A DNA stretch of 64,000 nucleotides, from contig NC_043006.1 in assembly GCF_006345805.1 (NCBI RefSeq), positions 9,300,001 to 9,364,000 on the forward strand, given 5' to 3'. Source of the DNA: Octopus sinensis. Its lineage: Eukaryota. The translations under genes were made by a program, and so were the position numbers. Shown here piece by piece: positions 1 to 12,043 of this stretch; position 1 is the first letter of the stretch, and each line of letters opens with the position of its first letter. Under the pieces are notes generated by a model, which was not told the origin of the DNA, searched no databases, and worked only from the letters and a program-made list of their open reading frames with translations.

Positions 1-13
1 AACATATACGTAC

Positions 14-70
<57 letters not shown>
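1..70. repeat. (ATAC)n/(AT)n microsatellite
   Basis: Direct reading of the sequence. Confidence 0.95.
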
Positions 71-74
<4 letters not shown>

Positions 75-243
75 CATTAACTGCAGTAAATTATTTGCTG
101 TGGTTTTTGTTTCTGGAATTTTAGCGCGCCAGAACTAAGACATTTGAAATTAACACCAATGTAATCGGTGAAGCTAAGCACGTGTCTGTTTTTATACGGA
201 ATACTGATGGTTAGCTTTACAAATTGCATTACCTGTGGAACGC

Positions 244-317
244 CAACACTGACGAGCCTACGGACGATTGATTACATAAGTGATTCATTCGTTAATAGGC
301 GAAACCGCCGGTCTTTG
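244..317 (+). ncRNA. Type I hammerhead ribozyme motif with extended stem II (PLE-type)
   Basis: CTGACGA 249-255; stem II GCCTA...TAGGC enclosing an inner hairpin (ACGA/TCGT, TGA/TCA, TTAC/GTGA); GAAA 301-304; stem III ACC-GCC-GGT; GTC triplet 311-313. Stem I is weak (CAA-C-A/TTTG with a bulge). Confidence 0.7.
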
Positions 318-650
318 AGTAATTCTGATTTTTTATTTAATTTTCATCTGTCTTGCCCGCATTTTAGTTCTGGTGTCCGCTGAATTTTCCTCTAGAGAAC
401 ATTATTTTCTTTGTAGTTTGATCGAAGGTGATCTACTTCTAGCATACGGCCGACCACATAGTGGCTTGCCCTCCAAATATACACATGTATTAGAATTTTC
501 TCTGATTTTTCCAGATTGTTGCATGCTAGGCCACTGGTTTTAAATTGATATTAATTAAATTAATATTCAATTTATCTCCCTCATTATTTAAATATATATA
601 TATATATACGTAAAACTTAATCTCCAGTGCTACTTTTTTATTTTTTATTC

Positions 651-703
651 ATTTATGTAGCCGAAGAGACCTACAACGGGTCGAAACATGCGTCGTACTA
701 AAT
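651..703 (+). ncRNA. Degenerate minimal hammerhead ribozyme motif
   Basis: CCGAAGA 661-667 (U4 replaced by C); perfect stem II GACC/GGTC with a 7-nt loop; GAAA 683-686; C-ATGC-G then TC (GTC 692-694). Stem I GTA/TAC plus ATTTA/TAAAT, with a G.G closing mismatch. Confidence 0.6.
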
Positions 704-1039
704 AAAATCTATTTTTTCTAAATATTTTATTACTGCTGCTACCTCATCCGCCACTATGGAGTTCCTGCTATCTACGGAAAATGTACTGGTGCTTTACTTA
801 TTATACACTTATACATTTTGTATAAACTCTCCATTATATATATATATGTGTGTGTGTGTGTGTATACACACATATATATTTATGGTATACTCTGTGACGA
901 ACGTGATAGTGTACAATATAAAGTTCATCCACATTGAGATTTACACTGTGTGTACATATATATATATGTATATATGTACATATGTATGTATATACATATA
1001 TATATATTTATATATGTGTGTGTGTGGGGGGGTGCGTTT

Positions 1040-1165
1040 GTGTTTGTGTGTTTGTGTTTGTATCTGTGTTTGCCCCCCTCCCCATGAAGAAGTCCTGGAG
1101 TAAATTTGTTCGACTGAAGACGGTACTCCCGCATGGCCGCAATCAAATAACCGAAACAAATAAAA

Positions 1166-1170
<5 letters not shown>
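1040..1170 (+). mobile_element. SINE family A, 3' half (internally deleted)
   Basis: Matches the 3' half of the full copies at 4629-5033 and 35755-36157 (AAGTCCTGG...GCATGGCCGCA...AAACAAATAAAAG). Confidence 0.75.
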
Positions 1171-1208
<38 letters not shown>

Positions 1209-1209
<1 letters not shown>

Positions 1210-1432
1210 GACGGGTTTCTTTCAGTTTCTACCTACCAAATCCACTCAATGCTTTGTTCGGCCCCAAGCTATAGTAGAAGACATTTGCCCAAGTTGCCAT
1301 GCCGTGAAGCTGAACCCGTATCTGTGCGCATGTGAATCAATCTTCTCTCCACATACCCACGCCTGACCTATGACACAGCCACGCCTGACCTATGACACAG
1401 CCACGTCTGACCTATGACACAGCCACGCCTGC
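1209..1432 (-). mobile_element. SINE family A, 5' half with a tandemly amplified 5' end
   Basis: Reverse complement of the family A head (GGCAAATGTCTTCTACTATAGC...AAACTGAAAGAAACCCGTCG); a 22-bp tandem repeat at 1357-1431 contains the head sequence. Confidence 0.8.
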
Positions 1433-1879
1433 ACTTATTCACAGCCATGAAGGCGCCTATATCTGTATGAATGCATGTATACACACAAAGACACACACAT
1501 ATGTATATGTATACACATATATAGAAGTATATATGTGGATTTAATTGTGTGTATATAGATAGAGGAGTAAAAGTGTATGTGTGTGTTTGTGTGTCTATAC
1601 AAGCATGCATGTATGTATATGAAGTGTAGATTCTTTACTTATAAAAAAAGGATGCTTGTACGTTGATCACAAATAACAGTACATAGAGTTGGTAATTATT
1701 GTGTTTATTTTTTTGGGTGTTTTTTTCATTGATTGTTAACATGTGACCTGCTATGGACATGTTATGGACATTTTAGTTCGAAAATGAATTTGAGTGTGTG
1801 GTAGTTTCATCTGAAATTGGCGCTACAAATTGACATGGAAATCGAGCAGTTCATTCAGCTGTTAATTCATCCCTCAATT

Positions 1880-2990
1880 TGGAATGAAATGTCCATGTTT
1901 CTTTTAAAGATAAATTCAGGAGATGCCCTAGTATGGCAAATATGTATGACAATTTGGGAGGATGAATGTACAACAGCGCACAAACACACATCGGATCCCT
2001 TGGATAGAACACCGAATGTTATTCATAACAGCACTACAAGCATCGGAATAATCACGGTAGTTTTCTGGGAAATTCGGTCAAACTGCATTTGATATATCAA
2101 AGGGGATATGCGCCGATCCTTCTGGGTTTTCCGTAAAATCGGCAACTTTATAGCCACATAGTAAACTCAGCTTAAGAAATAACATGCGGGCACAGCATCA
2201 AGTTCTCGCAGATTTTGATCAGAAGCTTCTGAAACTTGGTGACGGCAATGTATCCCTTGATACTGAAGGATGTATTGATCCTTCATGAGTTTGAGCTGTT
2301 AGGGAAAGCATTGATATATTAGTTAATCAAGTGTTGACCGATTCTGAAATCCACCAACCCAACGATGAGAGGCTGTGTGAAAGATTAGTCGTAGCCCCCA
2401 AACCATTGCAATGAAGGCCATCAATGAACATCTTTCACAAACGATCCCAAATGCCCAGAGCTGTAAATCTATACGTAAAGTTGTAGAACAGTACGATACC
2501 GTACATTATCCCATTGAATTTCTTGACAACCTGGAGTCAACTGTTATGTCGTCTCTCAGCCTTGAATTGAAGATGAATGCAGTCATCATGCTTCTCAGAA
2601 ACATAGATCAGCCAAGATTGTGCGGTGGAATGCGTATGTTTGTGACTGAAATACAGCCTTTCATTATCCAAGCCAAGTCCCCCCTGGACGAGGTAAAGGA
2701 CCCGTCGTATTTATAACTACAATATTGCTAATACCAACAGATGTCCCTTTTCGTTTGAAACGATTGTAAATCTGAGTGAACGTCAGTTACGCAATGACCA
2801 TCAACAAATCCCAAGATTAAACACTACAATTACTCGTTCTTCATCTAGAAGAGAGTTGTCACTCACATGGTCAACACGTTCCAAGATCAAAACACTGCAG
2901 TTTGTCGGTCTTCATCTAGAAGAGAGCTGTCTTTCACATGGTCAATTCTATGTAGGTTCTTCGTGAGTAGGAAGCACCTGGAAACTCTTC
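1880..2990 (+). pseudogene. Helitron PIF1-like helicase relic (frameshifted, with stops)
   Basis: Motifs read across frames: WEDECTTAHK..DPLDRT (cf. WDECTMAHK..ALDRT), LSLRNNMRA..F..KLLKLGDG, YPIEFLDNLE..LELKMNAVIMLLRNIDQPRLCGG, IPTDVPFRLKR, AMTINKSQ, LSHGQFYVGSS. All are typical Helitron helicase blocks and occur in the expected order. Confidence 0.85.
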
Positions 2991-3278
2991 AACTATGCTC
3001 CAAAGAAAGAGGTTAGATACGTTGTATGTACTCAAGACCCGTAAATGTTTTATATTCAGTATAAAGTTTTCTTTGATTTTCTTTATTAATTTCTATATTT
3101 AGATATTTCAGGTAATTTTTTAAAATTTGTTATGTAATTTTCAAGTACATTTTAACATTTTATTTTAAGGAAATTGGGAATTACGGTAGGATACTAATAG
3201 GCGCTTTATGAATAGATTTGATCACAGTACAAGCCAGAGACATTGCCGAGTGATTACCAGTGTAAATATATATATATA

Positions 3279-3325
<47 letters not shown>

Positions 3326-3487
3326 CACGTGTGTAAAGGAGGGAAACATTTAGTGAGAGTCGATGTAGCATTATACTTAACGCTGTATACATTTATTCTA
3401 TATTACTTTTAGAAAGAAAAAAATGATAGTTGCTTTTAAAGTTACGGTTCCCCTTATATTCATGAAGCCGTTATTTCTGTATAAACA

Positions 3488-3755
<268 letters not shown>

Positions 3756-4628
3756 TTACATTCTCACAAACTATACTTGTAGAAGAAAGTTTCAATGGAA
3801 TTTCATTATATGAAGCCTCAAACTGGATTTCCTACCATTAAACGAAATAATTTCTATTTCTTACCCAATACTCATCAGAATCCATTACATCAAAATCCAT
3901 TACAGGTATTATCCTTCTTTGCAAAATTGTTGTTTTAAAGTAGTATCGGAAACTGAATATTGAAAGAAGTCTTACGTGAGTGAAATAATATTACTAGTTT
4001 TATAGTAGAATGTTCTATACCAAGGAACACTTCAAAACAGTGGATTCTTGTATGATGGTACAATAAAATAATCCGCAGCATTGCTACATTCCTAGATGAA
4101 TTTTATTCGCTATAAGTTACAATCAACATCCTATCCTGTTGATTCTGAACGAGAGGCTTTTAAATGTGATCAATGTCATTATGATTCACTTCATTTGGCT
4201 CTTATCAGGAATGATTATTGATGCCTTTCAATAATGGTAAGATTGATAAATGACAGGATTACTTTGAAAGGGAATCTCTATATCATTCATGTGGAAAAAA
4301 GTGTCGTTGCACAAAGCTATGCCGATCTAATAACAATAATTCACCATGTGCCATTTTTATAACATTAGTAGCTGTCTCTGATCCAGCTGAAAAATCAATC
4401 GTTTCGATTACAATAAATGGGAACGATGTTGACACTTTAATTTATTCAGGAAGATCACAATATCTCCCCAGCAACTCTATACCCATTAATGTTTAATTGT
4501 TTATTAAATTTAATTCAATAGTTAATGTTTTCTACGTACATCAAATTACGTTGGTTTTACGTTTTGTGTTGTTAGTCTTCAAGGCAATATTTATCATAAC
4601 AACAAATTTTTCAAAAATTCTCGGAGGA

Positions 4629-5033
4629 GGCGCAGGAGTGGGTGTGTGGTAAGCAGCTTGCTTACCAACCACATGGTGCCGTGTTCAATACCGCTGCGTG
4701 TAATCTTGGGCAAGTGTCTTCTACTATAACCCCGGGCCGACCAAAGCCTTGTGAGTTGATTTGGTAGACGGAAACTGAAAGAAGCCCGTCGTATATATGT
4801 ATATATGTATGTATGTATGTGTGTGTATATGTTTGTGTGTCTGTGTTTATCCCCCCAACATCGCTTGAAAACCGATGCTGGTGTGTTTACGTCTTTGTAA
4901 CTTAGCGGTTCGGCAAAAGAGACCGATAGAATAAGTACTAGGCTTCCAAAGAATAAGTCCTGGGGGCGATTTGCTCGACTAAATGCAGTGATCAAGCATG
5001 GCCTCAGTCAAATGATTAAAAGGAGTAAAAGAG
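4629..5033 (+). mobile_element. SINE family A, full length (tRNA-derived head, internal TA/TG microsatellite linker, 3' half)
   Basis: GGCGCAGGAGTGGGTGTGTGG A-box-like start, B-box-like GTGTTCAATACC, linker at about 4790-4845, tail ending GAGTAAAAGAG. Many copies in the window. Confidence 0.9.
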
Positions 5034-5683
5034 AAAAAAAAAGAGTATATTCGGTAGTTTTATTGTTGCCATAGGCTTTCATGCTTTGAATTCGTCTTCA
5101 TAAAAATACGGATATCAAGCACCATGGATCTGTATCTTCATTCTTAGTTTGTGCCTTGTCCTCATGCCTTTAGAACCACTTTAAATTCTTAAAAATCTTA
5201 ATAAATGTTGTAAATCCATTGTTAGTCCTAGCTGATTATATATTGTAAACGATACACTATTTCAGAAAGTGGATTTAACGAAATTTTATTCGTATATTAG
5301 ATGCCAGTTTGTCTACATCGACTATCTAGTATTTAGTTGTTGAACCTCATAAATAAATAAATACTTGTGATATATTTTTCACCGTTTATCAAACAATTTA
5401 CATGATTTGTATATTCCTTGTATATTGTTTCAACTTTATTAAATATCAACGTAAAATACATTTTTTCGCGGCTGTGTTTAATTAAAACAACGTAATTATA
5501 AAGTAACTTCTTCAAATTAATGATCGGCTGTTTACGTCTCTCTAAACTAATGTGAAATTATATTTGTTCTGTAAAAGGCAGAATGCTATGTGTATTTTAA
5601 CTATAATTTATATCGTTTTTATTGTTAATCCTGTTAGTATTTGATTGTATTCATGATATTAATATGTCCGGATCTAATTGCTG

Positions 5684-5897
5684 CGGCGATCTGACAGAAT
5701 GGTTAACGCAGAACTAAAAGTGCATATCAGTAATACATCCGACTTAACATTCTGATATCAAATGCTGCTGAGGTCGACTTTGCCTTTCATTCTGTCAGGG
5801 TCGATAAAATATATATATTATTTGAATGCCGGAGTCAATGTGATTGACTTATACACTTCCCCCGAAATTGCTGGCCTTGTGCTAAAATACAAAACCA
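5684..5897 (+). mobile_element. SINE family C, diverged copy
   Basis: GAGGTCGACTTTGCCTTTCATTCTGTCAGGGTCGATAAAA core shared with the young copies at 8461-9095. Confidence 0.7.
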
Positions 5898-7519
5898 ATA
5901 AGTGTGGATTGAGTACTGTGGAGAGTAATCGATATTATCAATTTTAATAAGACATCTCACGTGTGTAATGCAATATGTGAGCGATTTTTCTAGGAAGCAA
6001 AATTTATGAGGTATAACTTCATGACGTAATGATCATTCAGTTCTATATTCAAGAGATGAGGAATTACGTTATCAAAGAGAGGATACCTTCATTACTTACG
6101 AAAATAACCAGAGATGATGATAGAAAGAATATCCGTCAATTGTAAATAATGTAAAGTAATGGTCATTACATTAATAGAAGTAATCGCTTCAGTGATTACT
6201 TGGGATGTTTTCAAATTAATCCAGGCTAATTTCACAGTATTCAGAGAAACTCTTGAAAATCACACTAATACATTGTCTCAAAATCTGAAATATTTATATT
6301 TCAATCTGATGTCTCTAACATGGCTATATCTGGTATATTGGAAAAAAATCTTCTTCGTCTGACTTGTGGTTTAATACTTAATTATTCTTTAAAAATCTTG
6401 AACATAAATATCTGTGAATTGAACAAGAGACCTCAGCCATTTAAAAAGTATTAGGAAGATGTAACAGTGGATAACTGTGCACCTAATTCAACTTTTAAAG
6501 ATATCACGAAGTTGTTACTTTTTACTGTCAGCAATGGATGATTATAAAAAATAATTATAACCGTCGACAACTTAATTATCAGAATACACGTATTGCATTT
6601 TGGAAAATGCCCAAGTAAATTTTTTTGCGGCTAATTGTATTCCAGTATTTGTTTTGCTTTTCATATCTTTCCTGTTTCTAAACTTAAGAAACTGGTTTCT
6701 TAATCAACCGTTTGTTGGCATTATCACTCTGTGAATAGCAGAACAAAATAATTTTCATATGAAATTATATAGAGCTACTAGATTTCTCATGTAAAGGGAC
6801 TGTATTATTAGAGTTATTTGTTTTACATCAGAAAAACACATTCTAAACCACACAACTTTCATGTAGAGAGTTTCCGCATTGCCGTGCTACAGTTTGTAAT
6901 TATGTTAGATCTCAATTAAGGTTTAATGAAATAAGAAAAAATTTGCTTGAGTAATTAATTTCTCATAATGCTTATTATTATTCGTATTTACAAATGTGCC
7001 TCAGAGGCTTTATATCAACAGGTAATATTTTACGTAACATTTTAGAGAATCACAGGCCCTTGATTCTCTAAATTGTGGAGATCATGTCATGTGGCATTAG
7101 ATGTGTATATTTTGAGTATAGTTTAAAACATGTTATCAATAAAATGCATATAATATTGTGATAAACAATGAATGTAAAACAACACAAAATAAGGAATTAC
7201 CTAAGAAAACAAACAGGTATGTTGTAAACAAACAAAATGATGGCCTAGAAAGAAGAACTGAAACTTCATGCGGTAGAAAGCTTGCATTAATTAAATATGG
7301 TTTCTCAGATTTCCATTTTTAATTAATCCTTTTAGTTTCTCATTTAGTATCGGTTGAATACATTTTCCCCCCACCTCAAAATATAATTTGCCAATGATAG
7401 CTACAGAAGTATCATGTTATTGCGCAATATAACGTTATTTACTTAGATCGCAATTAATAATGCATTGAATACAATGTAGCAAGGAATATATACATACATG
7501 TGTGTGTATACATACATGT

Positions 7520-7750
7520 GAGTGTGTGTGTGTATGTTTGTGTGTCTGTGTTTGTCCCCCCCAGCATCGCTTGACAATGGATGCTAGTGTATTTACGTCC
7601 CCGTAACTTAGCGATTCGGCAAAAGAGACAGATAGAATGAGTAATAGGCTTCCAAAGAATAAGTCCTGGGGTCGATTAGCTCGACTAAAGACGGTGCTTG
7701 AAGCATGGTCACAGTCAAATGACTGGAACAAGTAAAAGAGTAAAAGAGTA
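7520..7750 (+). mobile_element. SINE family A, 3' half
   Basis: TGTTTGTCCCCCC...TTAGCGATTCGGCAAAAGAGAC...GACTGGAACAAGTAAAAGAGTAAAAGAG. Confidence 0.85.
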
Positions 7751-8460
7751 CATACCCTCACACATAACAAACACGTACATGCACACACACATAAATGTGT
7801 GTGTGTTATAAATTTTGCAGGGTAGGTTAAATAGGTTGGTATAGTTTATACGTTTATGCTATTCCTGTTGTTATTTCGATAGTAACATTTCTATTTTTAG
7901 TCAATATAACGTTCGATTCACCTGTTTATTATTAGCGATTCTATATTACCCATGATTATATTTAATGAATCAACAGATAAATTCCAGCTTTGAATGCAGA
8001 GAGTCTTTGTTCAAGGCGGTCTATGATTTCGGTCATTGTTTATATTTTTATTATTTTTATTTTGAATCGCTTTAATAATTTCTTATTTTATGTTTCCTTT
8101 CTCCATCTTTTGTTTTTTTGTTTTTCTATGTTGGTTTTCCGGTTTAAATGATCTTATACGAGAATATACGCTATCTATTGTGGCTATTACATATATTAAT
8201 TGACATGTTCTTGTGTATATTAAAGATTGAATAGCATTATAAATGTCATTATTTCAAAGGAGTTAATGAATGAATTATTTTCAGATGATGAGTAGATAAA
8301 TTTCGAGATATTCTGCAGTTTAATAGCTGTCGTCTGTTGAATATGCTTCAATGGCAACGCCCATTAAGACCATAACGAATCCGGAATTGACATTATAGCC
8401 ACCAAACATAGAACAGTATGCACACTTGCATAGCTCGAAATTTTATTCACTTAAATCGTA

Positions 8461-9095
8461 TTTCTTATTTCTTTATTACCCACAAGGGGCTAAACATAGA
8501 GGGGACACACAAGGACAGACAAACGGATTAAGTCGATCACATCGACCCCAGTACGTAACTAGTACTTAATTTATCGACACCGAAAATGAAAGGCAAAGTC
8601 GACCTCTGCGTAATTTGAACCTAGGGTGTAAAGACAGATGAAATACTGCTAAGCATTTTGCCCGGCGTGCTAACGTTTCTTATTTCTTTATTGCCCACAA
8701 GGAGCTAAACATAGAGGGGACAAACAAGGACAGAGAAAGGGATTAAGTCGATTACATCGACCCCAGTACGTAACTGGTACTTATTTAATCAATCTCGAAA
8801 GGATGAAAGGCAAAGTCGACCTCGGCGGAATTTGAACTCAGAACGTAGCGGCAGACAAAATACCTATTTCTTTATTACCCACAAGGGGCTAAACATAGAG
8901 GAGACAAACAAGGACAGACATAGGTATTAAATCGATTACATCGATCTCAGTGCGTAACTGGTACTTAATTTATCGACCCCGAAAGGATGAAAGGCAAAGT
9001 CGACGTCGGCGGAATTTGAACTCAGAACGTAGCGGCAGAGAAAATACCGCTAACCATTTCTCCCGGCGTGCTAACGTTTCTGCCAGCTCGCCGCC
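8461..9095 (-). mobile_element. SINE family C head-to-tail trimer (tRNA head plus Nin/Deu-like core)
   Basis: Three units: 8461-8675, 8676-8864, 8865-9095. Minus-strand head GGCGGCGAGCTGGCAGAAACGTTAGC, B-box GAGTTCAAATTCC, core GCCTTTCATCCTTTCGGGGTCGATAAATTAAGTACCAG resembling the Nin/Deu SINE domain (from memory). Confidence 0.9.
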
Positions 9096-10006
9096 TTTGT
9101 CTTATTTCTACCTCACCACACGAATAGTAAACTTCATTAACACGCTAATAATATCTGCCCGAATTAATGATATAATTCGAATTGATTAAAAAGTTGTCAG
9201 ACATTATGTTAAGTATGCATCTGTGCACTTTACCTGTTTCCATGCTCAGAACACACATGGGAATATTTTTACCAATATTTCTGACAGCCCAGTTAGTAGT
9301 CTTTATATTTGCGTTGCTATTTCATCAATACCTATTTTATATAGATGCTTTCTTTGGGAGAACTTTTGGTAACTCCAAAAATGAACACATTTAACTTACT
9401 GTAAAATTCAAACTTTCCATGTTTAACACTTTACAGAAATTTGTCTTTTGCATATTCATTTGAGTTTATATTTCCCAAGGGTTTGTTCTAGTTTAGCTTT
9501 TGCTGGTCGATATTCTATACAATGCTGACGTTTGCTATTTCTGCGTTTCTAATAATTTTATTAGTTTTCCATGAACAACGTCAATTTCATGATTTATGTT
9601 CTCAATGTTTACAAATTTTAATGCATATATTTATGTTGTCTGTTTGCTTTGGGGGTTTATTCTACTTCGTATTTCTCTTTTTCATTATGTATTCTTTCAC
9701 TAAAACTTCTAAATCCGTGGCCAAAGCCATCATTTCTTTCTTTTTTTAATTTTTGGTTTTAAATACGTATCATCTGAAATTATCTGTTCTTTTAGCATGG
9801 ACAGTTAACTCTAAATTATGGTTATTTTGTGGCTGGATATTAAAAGAAATTTGTGATATTTTCATGTTTGTGAGATACGAATAGTTATAAAAGATATATG
9901 AACCAAAGAATCACATACCATAAGATACCAATTATTATATTTTTCCCATGTTTTGGTTTTACTTCACACGTCAAGCTTTCTACCTCTGATCTTTATATTT
10001 TATCGG

Positions 10007-10009
<3 letters not shown>

Positions 10010-10061
<52 letters not shown>

Positions 10062-10113
10062 GTAGTAGTAGTAGTAGTAGTAGTGGTAGTAGTAGTAGTA
10101 GTAGTAGTAGTAG
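10010..10113. repeat. (ATT)n followed by (AGT)n
   Basis: Direct reading. Confidence 0.95.
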
Positions 10114-10116
10114 TTA

Positions 10117-10290
10117 AGAGTTGGCAGAATCGATAGCACTCCAGTCAAAATGTTTGGTAACATTTCGTCCGGTTATGTTAGGAGTTAAAATTACTACCGC
10201 GGTCAACGTTGTCTTTCATCATTTCGGAGTCGATAAATCAGGTACCCGTGAAATACTGGGGTTGATGTAATTCCCCAAAATGTCTAGCTT
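10117..10290 (+). mobile_element. SINE family C, diverged copy
   Basis: GAGTTGGCAGAATCGATAGCAC...GCGGTCAACGTTGTCTTTCATCATTTCGGAGTCGATAAA. Confidence 0.7.
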
Positions 10291-10599
10291 GTACATTTAG
10301 CAGAAATCATTATTGTTCTTTTTGTTGTGTAGATGCCCCCAGACGAAAAGTAGGCTAGTCGATTACGTATAAATAGTGGACGTGATAGCCAGTAAGACAC
10401 GAGGTTCGGAGGTTGATGGGTCAACGAACATTTAGAGGGGGGGGGGCTGAGTGTTTTTGATATATTTACGATTCCGTTGAAGTAAGTGTGATATTGTTAT
10501 AATTGTCAAAGATCTCCCCTCGTAGGTGTACCACATTTGTTACTTGTTGAAATTGTTGTTTTAATAACGAGTTTTTGTCGAATTGTGTTTTTTCTTCCT

Positions 10600-11500
10600 A
10601 TTTATGGGAGAGCCGAAGAGAAAAAGTGAAATGTAAACTGGACCAGCAAATAGCCACAATTATGCGGCTACAACTGGTATAGGAACAGAAGAAGAAACTT
10701 TGTAAGTTCGGAAAGTTAGAATTGAGCCAAGAAAGCTGAAAGAAACCGGAAAGCTATTGGAAAAGGAAGGCCACAAACTTAACTGAACGCCTCCAGTTGA
10801 CTTAACAAATCGAGTTTAGAAAAAGACAGTGATATACAAAACACTGAAGGTATCGACAAGGTAAATAGAAATAGCTACGATGGATGACATTGAGAAGTGT
10901 TTAAAGGAAGATAAAAAGGTCATCACGTTTATAACAAGAGGAGGAAGGTATGGCACAGTGAAGTTGCGATTCACAAACAAAGAAGCGATAAAGCACTCCA
11001 CTGATGCCATAAAGACAGACTAATGGGTACTCCTACCAACATACTGTAGCAAGCAAGTTGTCAGAGTACAACCAGAGTTGGATGAAATATGGCTGGTTGC
11101 TGCAGCCTCCTATGTTATTTGTGTGGTCAGAAAGTCCACATAAAGGCGAGGTGCCCCAAGAGAGAAAAGAAAGAGCAAGAAATGGGACAGGCTGAAGAAC
11201 AAGAGAAAATGAATGATGTGGTCCAGGAAGATGAGAAGGAGACAACAGGAATAGAGAAGGAATTTGAGATGGTGAAAAAAACGAAGAAGGGAAGAAAGTC
11301 TGGGCTATCCACCGGAGAAACAGAAAAAGTAAAAAGCAGAAAAAGAGGTGGAGAAGGAAGTCGTAAAAGTGGTTGAAAAGAAAGTTTTTGAAAAAAGGTC
11401 TAGAAAGAGGTAGAAAAGGAGGTTGAGAAGAAGAGGAGGAGGAGATAGAAGCAAGCATAATATAGAACACATTTGGACAGCAAAGAGAAGAAACAGCGAC
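10600..11500 (+). pseudogene. Non-LTR retrotransposon ORF1 relic (L1/Tx1-like) with CCHC zinc knuckle
   Basis: Interrupted frame TMDDIEKCLKEDKKVITFITRGGRYGTVKLRF..W.LLPTY; CYLCGQKVHIKARC (CX2CX4HX4C, 11113-11154); followed by a charged K/E-rich stretch. Confidence 0.65.
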
Positions 11501-11559
11501 ACTAACCAGAATAAAGGACGTGGCGCCAAGAGTGGAACATGACAAACAAGCAAGAAAAC

Positions 11560-12043
11560 CCTCCAAAAGAATACCCTCCATCAGGCATTTGCCATATCCT
11601 GAACGCCTTACTTCCCTGGGCATGGACACATTGAAACTCCGACGTCTGGCAGCTGACTTGGCAGACACCCATACAATTATCAACCATCTTACAAACAATA
11701 ACTCTGAGCACCTTTTCAAACTCCATCTGTCCAACACCCATGGACATGTTTACAAAGTCAGAAAACAGCACAGCTCCATGATTTCAGGAAACATTTTTTC
11801 ACGCTGAGAGTTGCTGAAGCGTGGAACAAACTGCTGGCATCGGTTGTTAGTTGTCGGAGCACTGCATCCTTCAAGACTTCCATGCTTCCTGAGATTCGCC
11901 AACACTACACTTGATTTTCTCCCCTCCATACACACACAAGCATGTTCACTTTCCAGACATTTCTACATTACTGCATGTACTTTATATGCACTTTCTGACA
12001 AGTTGTGGTGCACCTGAGCACTGTATGCAAAAATTTCATTATT
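11560..12043 (+). mobile_element. CR1-like LINE 3' fragment (RT C-terminus plus 3' UTR)
   Basis: KRIPSIRHLPYPERLTSLGMDTLKLRRLAADL...HGHVYKVRKQHS, then (after a frameshift) HFFTLRVAEAWNKL: the typical CR1/L2 ORF2 end. Ends in a short ATT tail. Confidence 0.85.

Noticed and set aside
6041-6145. AG followed by a 34-codon frame (FYIQEMRNYVIKERIPSLL...)
   Set aside because: Weak polypyrimidine tract and no recognisable homology; RNA-seq would be needed.
8461-9095. Regularly spaced repeats suggesting a CRISPR-like array (also the 22-bp repeat at 1357-1431)
   Set aside because: Units are whole SINE monomers or spacerless tandem repeats; eukaryotic context, no cas genes.
9100-9800. Possible LINE ORF1 relic on the minus strand (LNVFIFGV)
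   Set aside because: A single short motif amid many stops; insufficient.
11033-11737. 234-aa minus-strand ORF rich in S/F/L
   Set aside because: Antisense of the purine-rich LINE ORF1 and CR1 fragments.
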